Shown here piece after piece: positions 54,647-64,000 of a stretch of 64,000 nucleotides of DNA. A program made the translations under genes and the position numbers. The notes beneath the pieces are model-generated. The model saw only the letters and a program-made list of their open reading frames with translations. It was not told the DNA's origin and ran no database searches. Position 1 is the first letter of the stretch. Each line of letters opens with the position of its first letter. The stretch is from the human T2T-CHM13v2.0 reference genome, Homo sapiens: contig CP068257.2 in NCBI GenBank assembly GCA_009914755.4, positions 29,984,001 through 30,048,000 on the forward strand. The letters are read 5' to 3'.

Positions 54647-55014
54647 ACGTAATACCCAGGCAGTCCGATAATTTATAGTACAACGTGTAACACTGGGATC
54701 CAACTTTTCACCCAGCAAAATCTCCTTACAAATTAGGGCAACATATACCACAAAGCCAATGGAAAAAAAAAGAAAACCTCGATTGAATTGCAAACACAGC
54801 TTTTCAATTGACATTAAAACAACTAACCTTTACCTTATGACTGAGCACTAAAAATCAAAAGTATTACATATGAAAGTGAGAATAACTACATAAAATGTCT
54901 ATTTTCATCAAATAAGTCTAATTTAGACTCCAATACAGTATTAACAGCTCAAACTTTGACGGTGAACAATCCTTTTCCACCTTAATGCAGTGTAGGAAGA
55001 ATAGCACACATTAA

Positions 55015-55382
55015 AGTTTGTTACGAAAATAGAGTTTATTAAAAACATCCCTATTGTTTTGAGGAGCTTTCACCGTTACCTTGTCTTAAATTAAAAAAAA
55101 AAAAAAAAATAGAGAGCACTTCTAATTACGATTTGTAAACTTTTTAAAGTCAAAACTTTTAAAAAGTTACAGCAAAAAGGGTAATATTTATTCATATTTT
55201 CAGTATTTTTTGTTATTTTGTGGCTATTTTTAAATAGAAGGGAAGCAATCAAATTGCTTACAGTTCCCCACCAGCTGGCGCGGGGCTGCAGTACAGCGGG
55301 AGCGGATATAATACAGCATCTGTACACCTCAAGCTCTACACTCCAGGAAGTGTCACTGTCACATTTTCACAAATTCCAGTCT
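55015..55382 (-). other. SCAF4: Candidate 3'UTR of the converging gene (SCAF4), with poly(A) signal AATAAA on the - strand
   Basis: Plus-strand tttatt at 55,035-55,040 is AATAAA on the - strand, about 345 nt past the stop. This would place the two gene ends about 2.1 kb apart. The exact cleavage site is not determinable from sequence alone. Confidence 0.45.
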
Positions 55383-56338
55383 CTAACGAGGAGCCTCTGC
55401 TGCTGAGCCAGAATCCTTTTCGGGTTCAACGGATGAGGTAGCCTCAGCAGGTAACTCTTCAGAAGGCTTTAGGACTGCAGCCTCAGACACCCCCTTCTCA
55501 AGTTCTGAAGCAGTGTCTACATTTCCCACTTGGCTAATGGGAGGTTCAACGGTTTTGTTACCACCTGCCCTGTCTGTCACCTCAGGCTTTTCCTTTCCTC
55601 GGGCTTCTTCCTTCTCTCTACGAGACTCTCTATCTCTAGAATCTCTCTCTCTGTCTCGATGCCCACTAGAGCGTCTATTTCTCTCTTCCAAGTCTCTGTG
55701 CCTGTCCCGGTCAGGGCTCCTCCTTCCCCACTCTCTCCTGTCACGGTTACTATTATCTCTATCATCATTACGGTTCCCATACCGTTCCCGGTCATTTTCC
55801 ACCCTATTTCCAAAAGATCTTCTTCCAAACCTTTCTTGGTCTCTACCTGAATTGAACTGCTGCCTGTTATCATTTCTAAACTGCTGTGGCTGCTGCTGTG
55901 TTGGTGGAGGCTGTTGTGATGGTGGTGGCTGCTGCTGCTGCTGCTGCTGTGGTTGCTGGGGCGCCTGCGGCTGTGGCTGCTGCTGTGGCTGCTGCGGCGG
56001 CTGTTGCCTTCCGTCTCTGTCTTCAGGACCCCCTGGGCCTGGCCCTGGGCCCCCGAGCCCTGGCATTCCACCAGGCCTAACAAAGGGGCCATGCGGTGGG
56101 AAGGGACCTTTCATTCCATGAGGTGGAGGCATCGCAAAGCCCCCTGGTCCTGGCGGTGGGCCTCTGTGCATCATGTGCGGTGGCATGGGACGGGGCGGCA
56201 TCAAAGGGAACCGCTGTAAGTGAGGTGGGGGCATTCCTGGAGGGCGCTGGAGTGGGATGAGACCGGGCCGGGCGCCAAGAAGACCAGTAGATGGTGCCTG
56301 AAGTCCAATTACAGGACCAGGGGCAACTCCTTGAGTGC
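55383..56338 (-). CDS. SCAF4: Terminal coding exon of an SR-related, Pro/Gln-rich, RD/RE-repeat protein; assigned to SCAF4 from its position immediately tail-to-tail with SOD1
   Basis: A 283-aa ORF on the - strand (...PPHLQRFPLMPPRPMPPHMMHRGPPPGPGG...QQPQQQPQPQAPQQPQQQQQQQPPPSQQ...RDRHRDLEERNRRSSGHRDRERDSRDRESRREKEE...AEAPR*), with stop TAG at 55,383-55,385. The frame stays open upstream to a good acceptor on the - strand (ttgtcgtcttttAG|GCACTCAAGGAGTTGCCCC, AG at 56,339-56,340). The first two bases complete a codon begun in the upstream exon. The composition is typical of SR-related CTD-associated factors. The specific gene name rests on genomic context recalled from memory, not on alignment. 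Confidence 0.75.
55895..55990 (-). repeat. SCAF4: Imperfect CAG/CAA/CCG trinucleotide-rich coding repeat (poly-Gln/Pro tract) within the SCAF4 terminal exon; pure (CTG)6 on the + strand at about 55,931-55,950
   Basis: ggtggctgctgctgctgctgctgtggttgctggggcgcctgcggctgtggctgctgctgtggctgctgcggcggctg. On the coding (-) strand this is CAG/CAA/CCG-rich, encoding ...QQPQQQPQPQAPQQPQQQQQQQPPPSQQ... Confidence 0.85.
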
Positions 56339-59300
56339 CTAAAAGACGACAAAAATAAAAATGTAAACACCACCGAAGATGGCACTCCAGTTTCAGCTGT
56401 GTTCTGTGGCGCTTAAAGCAAAATAAAATTCAACCCACAATCTTCAAATTTCATAGTTTGCCACTCTGTCACAAACCCAGTGTGAGGCCTAGTAACAACC
56501 TAAGGCAAGCAATTGCAAAGACATTTTTAAAGTATCTAATACAGGTAGAGGCCAGAATAAACTGGGAAATAAAATAGTAATGGTAATACCAATTTTCAAA
56601 GAGTATGTCAAAATCTCCTGTAGCTTTCATTAGAAGCTGTCTTCCCACTCCAAATACATTTGAGAAACACAGTGTGCTAAGTCCTAATGAGATAAATACA
56701 TTCACTATCAGTAACTATTCAAGCTAACTAAGCATACTGCAGGTGCACACTTAGAAAATTTACACCCCGTCTTATTACTAGAAAAAAATGAGGTCACTGA
56801 CCTAGAAAACCCAGGAAAGAGGAAGATCTCTTTGACTCCATGCTACACTTAGTCCATATTATTAAAATGCCTCATGCAGTTACTATGCAATGTGCATCAA
56901 ATAAACACTAATGTCTACAAAACAAAGATCCATACACAAATGTGAAGTTTACTGTTACAGTTCCTTTTTCAAGGCACAGCATGATATTTAACTTGCGAGG
57001 CCATCACGACCTGAATAATGCTCAATGTTCAGCTGTTCACCTTCTATTCATTATTTCTATTCATTCTTCCAAAGGTGGCAAGTCTGGTAAGGTTGGTGCT
57101 GCTGAAATAACAATGACTTCTTGGTTTTATTTTCCTATCTACATGAGGGTTTGCTCATACTGATATAAGAGTCACGCAAGTTCAACAACCTGTCATTTTC
57201 TGCTTGGGGTTCACCACTTAGGTACAGAAAAGCATTGGAATCTCTCAATTTATCCTTTTGCAAATATAAATAAGACAAATACTATAATACTATGATTGAA
57301 AGGAGTTATTCTGATAATGGAAAATGTTCCAGGTACTGTTAAGAACATGCTATTTACCCATGTGCTGCAGAAAGGTCTTTGAGCAAGTTATGGGTTATGA
57401 TCAGTTAGCAATGGTAAGAAAAATACTTGGGTGACACTGACAGAAAAATGACCAATTGGGAAATGCTGATTACCACAGCAAAAGCGCCAGAAATTGTGAA
57501 ATGGATGAGGTGATGGCTCTGTCCCTTCACAGGCTCTTCAGACACTTTGGGAAAATCCCAATGAACAAGTACAGGACACCAGCTACACTGTATCTCAGAT
57601 AGAAATAAAACACTCTTCACATCATTTGGGAAATATTTACCGAGTATATACCATACACTGGGGCAACAGAAGCACATGTCCTTGCTTTCACTTTGTAAAG
57701 AAATAGTGTAGTTCCAACACCTGTGGACTTTAATCCAAAACATAAAATGTATATGCCCAGGCACAGTCTCTTTTAATAGAGGGATCATTATATAGAAACA
57801 CCTGAAACAAACTGAACTTTACTTTCCCATTACCTTTTATCAGTAAAGATTTGTTTTCCAGGACTAAAATGACCAATGTTTACTGTTAACGGAGGTCAGC
57901 ATAGCACATTCTGGTGCCTATCTATAGGTTCAAGTGGCCAAGCCAAATTATAAAATAACACCAGAAAAACGGGGGAAACAGTTTCAAAGCATCTTATTAT
58001 AACAAGAGAATTTAGTTGAGATGAGTCTTCAAAAGGAAAGTGATTCCTGAAGGGCAATGGGAAGGTCCTACTCCTGATGCCCCATTGACTTGGCTTCCTC
58101 AAGTATCTGACAGTGGCCAAAGGATGCAAAGCCACCTCAACTTTGTACAGAAGAGAGAAAATGGGCCCTGATGATAAAATACAAACCCCAGACTGAAGGA
58201 CCACATCTCTTAAGTACTTTACAGCATTCATTTGAGGGTATAAATTAACAGGGTTAAAATTTACAATAATCATATAAACCTTATATAAAAGCACAATTTT
58301 TATAAAGAATTGCCTACTTGTTTGATACATGTGGATATTTGTGTGTGGGATTTGCTTAAAACATTATACACTCAAATCCTTTCCCTTCTTCGTAAATAAA
58401 GCTAAAAAGATGTGGCCAGCTGGGTTTCCTTTTAACCCTTTGAGAGCCAACTAAATTTATAGATTCCTGATAGAATATGCCCATAGCCCCAGATGGCCTT
58501 CAGACCACAAAAAAAATTTTATCTGTAGTTCCTTTTATTCCCTTTTGCAGTGAACATGTAATGCTTTTATAACCAGTTATATTAAAAACACATTAGGTGG
58601 CAGAAGACTGGCAAGCATGCTAGCTAGGAAGTCCTTATTAGGAAAGCTGGCATTAGGCATAAACCATCAGTATATTGTGAGTTACCCAGGTGAAAAGGGC
58701 ATTCAAAGCAATTGTTCATTTCATTTGGAAATATGACGTGTGATATCACTGATGAGTTTTCTAAAGTTATAAATTTTTAAAAAACCCAATTCATTCATAT
58801 TATGTATTAAATATCTGAATTTTCTATTAACTCATTTAATAGTCCTTTCCTTCAAAAGGGACAGTTTGGTAGAAATAGACAAATTTCAATTGCTGTAGGA
58901 GATGGCACAAGCTAGCATGGTGGTATAGAGGTGGGACTCATAAAGCTGGTGTGTGAATCTGAGTGGCAGTCATCGGGGGTGTCTGAATTGGATCTCAAAG
59001 GAAAATGCACAAGGCCAGTGAGTTAAGGAAGGACGTTACTATCAAGACATTACTAGCAGCTTTTGAAAAGGCATATAGCAAGGTAAAGCAGTGGTGTGTG
59101 TGGTTCAGAGAACCACAATAAAATGACTTGATGAAAACTAAGAAGAAAGGAGAAAATACAGATGAGGTTTATGAAGCTAAAGAGATAAGTCAGGGCAATT
59201 CACAGGCCCTATATGCCATAAGGAGGAACCTGGACTTTGACCTCTAGTGGTGCAGAAAACCAAGTAATTTTTAGCAGGGATAAATGATTCTATGATTGTT

Positions 59301-62300
59301 TTTGATAGATCCTTCTGGCAAGTAGTGTATAGGATAGCTAAGAGGGGAAGGCCCCTCGAGAGTAGTTAGGCACTTATTCGGAGAATCCAGCAGTGACAGT
59401 GATAGTGACAAGAGACTGAAGTGAGAGGTGCTAGAGATGGAGGACACACTGAAGACATTTAGTGGACAGGAAGGACAGGGTGTAAGCGATGAAGGAACAC
59501 AGCTCTCTGCCTTAACTGAGCGGATGCAGCTGTCAACGCAAGATCAGAAGAGTGATGGTGTTAACTCCCCCGGAATATAGGTGAAACAAAAAAGGGCTCA
59601 GACCTGGGAAACAAATTTTTAATACAGCGAGGCATTAGGGCAGACCAAAACAGTGATGGCTCTAAGTGCCTGAATTCAAATTTGGGAAGTATGGAAAACA
59701 CACTGGAGTTTAACTAAAAATAACCAAGAATCTGTAAATATTTCCTATGACGATCCAAAAAACAGTTGATTTACAATTACAAAAGGGGGTGGGGAGACAC
59801 CATTGCCATCTACAGCAAAGATGCCTGAAATGGTGTGAAATAAAGAACAAGTACATTAAAGGGCTACGGGGGAGGTGGGAGAAAGGAAGGTTGATTTCAT
59901 AGTTGGAGTCCAACGTGGACCTTGAAATCTCCGGAGAATGTGCATAAGGGATACAAAAGGCATATAATGAATAGGGTGGCTTTCTGTCAAGGACCACAGA
60001 GTGTACGCAGTCAGGGAGACAGATATAAAACATAAAATGTAAAAGGTCTGATTTAAATATTGTGGGAGTGACCAACTGCATCAGTTGCAGAGGATTTTGC
60101 AGAGGATGCAAAATTTCAGTGAGATCTTTACAGAAAAAGAGGAACGACTCAGTTCCTCTACCTGTTTTGGTCAACAACCCTATCTTCCATTCTACCAGAG
60201 CCACCATCTCTAGGAGCTCTAGATGTTTGATCACTAATAAAGTCATTACTTCCAAATTCCCAATTTCAAGTACCCCACTCTTTACCTGCTTCTCCTCTTT
60301 CCAGGTTATTCTCTCCAGATCTCCTTTCCCCAAACAATCTTCAATCCCACCAGGCTCATGCCTCACAAGGCCCTTCATGTTTTTATCTTAATCCTTACCT
60401 GCTCTGGAGTCCATGGCTCTCCCTCACCATATCTGCCTGGAAAATCCCCAACATTGGTTTTAAATGCAACTCTTCTGCCTAATCTCCACCTGGACATGGA
60501 GTATGCTGACTGCTCTCATTTCAAATTTCTGTAATTACAACCCAAGTGGACCCTTCATTCTGGCCAGTAATCTAACATTTTCCTAGTCAATCCACATTCT
60601 CATGTCCTGGATGAGGACACATGTTCAAGGTCCTCCTTCATCCTGTCTACTCTTAGTTGTTTTGTTTGGTAATTTCAGTAAGGTAAAATTCACACATCCT
60701 GTAATTTACCCACATAAATGTACTATTCAATGGTTTTAGTATATTCACAGAATTGGGCAACTATCACAATCAACTTTAGAACATTTTTATTACCCTAAAA
60801 GGAAATCCTGCATCCGTGGGCCATCTCTATTTCCCCAGCTTTCCCCTCATCTGTCCCAGCCCCAAGCAACCACATAATGTTTTCTGTCTCTGTGGGTTTA
60901 CCTATTAACATTCTGTATAAATGGAATCATAAAATATGTGGTCCTGTGTGACTGACTTTTGCTTGGCGTATCTTCTCAAGGTTCATCCATGTTGCATGTT
61001 TAAGTCCTTCATTTTTTATTACTAATATTCCGTGATATGAATATACCATATTTTAGTTACCCTAGTTGGCTTATCATTTTTTTAAAAAGGTCTTTAGAAA
61101 AAGACTTTTTCATCCACCCACATGCCACCAAATCTACCAATTTACCTGCACCTGAATCCACATTACTCCTACTGTCTGTGACTGTCCGTGCTCCAATGGT
61201 TACACCTGTTATTTGTACCCTGGATCTGTCCCCTCTCACCTACATAACAACCGAGCACATAGCCCTTCTTGCTTGCACCAACATTCTCCCCTCTACTGGG
61301 CTTCCCAATCATAAGTATGCTGTAGTTTTTGCCCATCTTTCAGAAACAAGAACAAAAATTAAAAACTCCCTCACCCTGCATCTCCTTTCAGGTATCACCC
61401 CATCTTGTTTTTCTCCTCTATAGCAAATCTCCTGAGATGTTCAAAATCCTAATTGTATCCTTCATCTCCCAGTCTCTCACAACCCTATGTAACTGGGCTT
61501 TTGAACTCATCAATCCAATGAAAGCACTTTTCTCACAGTCACCAGGAGCCTTCATTTTGCTACATCCAGCTGCCAAGTCGCAGCGCTCTTTCTTGATCCA
61601 TCAGTGTCATCTGATAGTTCACCTCTCTCCCCCTCTTTCCTGCCTAGAAACTCTACTTGGCTTTCAGATTATCTCCCTCTACATTTTTATCCTAGCCCAC
61701 GGGCTGTACCTTCTCAGCATCCTTTGCTGGAGAGTACAGTATAGATAGTGGTCAAAAGCACAGGCTCCTGTTGGAGTGGGGCTACCTTGAATTCTAACAC
61801 GGCTACTTGTAGCTATGTGACCCTTGGAAGGTTATTTCATCTCCAAGTGCTTCAGTCTCCCCATCTATAAAATGAAGATAACCCTGAGGGCTGCAAGGGT
61901 TAAATGATTAATATACACAAACTGCTTAAGAGTTTCTGGCACGTGGAACTATGTCTACCTTAGTCTCACAGCATCATATTCTTAGCTGCCAAATGCTGAA
62001 GAATTTTGTCCTCAGACCTCTCACCACTTCTCTATTTACATTTTCTCCTTAGGTAATCTCACAGGCTCCTGCGGCTTTAAATATTATCTTTATCTGCTGA
62101 AGATGCCAGAATTTGCAGCTCTATTAGATGTTACCAGTAGTTTACTTGACATCTGTACCTGGGTATCAAAGTTAGAATATCCAACATTTTAATTTGATAG
62201 GCTCCCCTCAAACCCACTCCTACAGATTTGCGCATCACAGGAATGGCAATTACATCTACCAGTTGCTCACATAAAAAACGAGTCATTCTTGACTCTTTTT

Positions 62301-64000
62301 CGCATTCCGTATTTAAGTAATATGGCAATTCTGAAGGCTCTATCTTCAAAATATCTTCAGACTCTAACCACTTATCACCTCCATTGCACCAGCCCAACGT
62401 GGGCTAGCTCCCATCTCATCTGCTGCAACAGCATCAGAACCGGTCTCCTTTCCACTCTTACCAACTTCTAGAGTCTGTTTCTCTAACAGCCACAGTAATA
62501 CTTTAAAAACTGCACATCAGATCATGGCATGGATAAAAGACTCTACACCATTTCCCACTGCACTCAAAGCCTAGTGCTCAACAACCTTCTCTAAGCTCAT
62601 CTCCTGCCACTTTCTTCCCTTTGCTCTCCCTTCCTGCTGTGGTCCTTCAACAATCCATGCCCCATCTCAATTCAGGCCCCCTTTCCTTTGGTCCTCACTC
62701 TACATTCCTTTCCTCTGTATTTACATGGGGATATTCTCTTCATTACTGGTTCAGATGCCTTCCCTAGCAATCGTATTTAAAATTGTACATATCCGTGTTA
62801 CACCCTTATACTGCCTAACTGTCCTGTTTTACTCTCCATGTTAAATTATTAGCCCAGGTCTGCGAAAATATAAACTCCAGAAAGACAGGTTTTGTTTTGT
62901 TCATTCTGGTATTTCTAGTATACCTAGAAGGGTGCCTGGCACACAATGGTTATTGATTAGATATTTATTGAACATATGAGTGAATGGTGTTTGCAGAGGT
63001 GATGACCAAACTCATCAAGGAGAAGATACCTCTCAGGGAATTAAGAATAGAGGCTACAAGCTCCAGGTCTTTTCCCAGGGTGGTAAGAATCTTCCCAGCA
63101 TAAACCTAGGAGGACTTGAACTTTGAGAAAGGATGTTTTCTTTCAACCTCCTTTTCTGTTCTTTGTTGCAGTTCCACCGTTTTGATTTGATCTCCACAGA
63201 ATGAGTGTCACTGTGGCACTTTGCATGAACTAAACATGAACTTTTCCCACATGAAGAAAAAGATGTATCAACCACTCATCTCTTTCATCAATACCTGAAG
63301 ATCCCTAAGCATATATCCCTAGGTTTTTTTTTTAATCAGCAAGTATTATCCTTTTTCCATTTCAGACCTGCAGAAAACTGAAATAACAGTACAACCAACA
63401 TGTTATTTCCTTTGCATAGATTCACCAATAACATTTAGGCCTATTTATTCTGAAAACACTCCTGGGTTATTCTTATAGAAGGCACTATGTTCTGAGAGCT
63501 GCGGAAAATGGAAGAATAAGGAGCCAATTTTCAAAGAATGAGAAAAAGCATCTTTCAGATTGTATTATACATTAAGATTATATTTTAAAAATGATGCTTA
63601 GAATGTTAGCAAGAGATTCTTAAGAGAAATTTGAGTTTTCAATAATATATAATGCAGATATACTGAGATGTGACTCATCTATTTTTGGCATAAGGGTATA
63701 TTTTGATAACATCTAATACATGAAAAACAGAATTATAAGTGAAATTGGAGAATGATTACCTTTTTTAAATGCTTGGTTTTTTCAAAATAATGTACAGTAG
63801 GCTCTGCATGGTCAACTTCCTACAGATTTGCTTTTTGGAATTTCAGTTAGCATAATAATAATTACTTAAGTATGTTACTATAATTGACAAAGTGCAATAG
63901 CTATGAGTTAAAATTTCACTATTAGAGTCAATAAACTTGAAATCTAAAGTTAACTTTCTATCACTGAATGAGATTATCTGTAGGCAATTTTATTTTCAAT

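Noticed and set aside
59710-60378. 222-aa ORF on the - strand inside the presumed SCAF4 last intron
   Set aside because: No repeat explains it, but the peptide has no domain-like or low-complexity signature resembling the SR-related factor. There are no credible splice sites at its ends, and composition is intronic (AT-rich). The track's 'M' starts can be GTG/TTG. It is most likely a chance ORF; a TBLASTN would settle it.

Overview
This window is human genomic DNA from chromosome 21q22.11, and it contains the complete SOD1 gene. I see no candidate for an undescribed biological system; the unusual structure is ordinary primate transposable-element history around a well-known disease gene.

Genes and regulatory regions:
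- SOD1 (Cu/Zn superoxide dismutase) lies on the + strand with five coding exons: 43,754-43,825, 47,774-47,870, 50,433-50,502, 51,242-51,359 and 52,454-52,561. Joined, they encode the 154-residue protein [154 protein letters not shown].
- The SOD1 promoter sits in a CpG island at about 43,380-44,340, with TATAAA at 43,635-43,640, an inverted CCAAT at 43,602-43,606 and a GC box at about 43,576-43,584. The poly(A) signal AATAAA is at 52,854-52,859, with cleavage near 52,912.
- Intron 1 of SOD1 uses a non-canonical GC-AG splice pair; the donor GC is at 43,826-43,827.
- About 2.1 kb downstream, on the - strand and converging on SOD1, is the last coding exon (55,383-56,338) and 3'UTR of an SR-related, CTD-associated factor. 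From its position tail-to-tail with SOD1 I take it to be SCAF4.
- About 31 kb upstream, a 5'-truncated, frameshifted processed pseudogene of FBXW11 (beta-TrCP2) lies on the - strand at 11,102-12,640. This fits FBXW11P1.

Repeats:
- The window is extremely repeat-dense, with more than 55 Alu elements, several of them nested inside other repeats with recognisable target-site duplications.
- A roughly 6.6 kb L1 on the - strand (14,640-21,235) is broken up by about nine later insertions. Further L1 pieces lie at 21,520-22,700 (-), 33,100-35,330 (+), 36,420-36,830 (+) and 10,020-10,150 (+).
- MaLR (THE1/MST-like) LTR fragments are present at several positions.
- A 1.3 kb solo LTR12-family (HERV9) LTR at 37,996-39,321 is inserted into an Alu with a 4-bp CCAG target-site duplication. 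It lies in the same orientation as SOD1, about 4.4 kb upstream of the gene.
- Simple repeats, polypurine/polypyrimidine tracts and CA repeats occur throughout.

The supplied ORF track uses prokaryote-style start codons: its 'M' is sometimes a GTG, as at 12,695. Nearly every listed ORF outside the SOD1, SCAF4 and FBXW11P1 regions is an Alu, LTR, CpG-island or simple-repeat artefact. All coordinates for repeats are approximate (+/- 10-20 bp). Exon boundaries for SOD1 were counted base by base.
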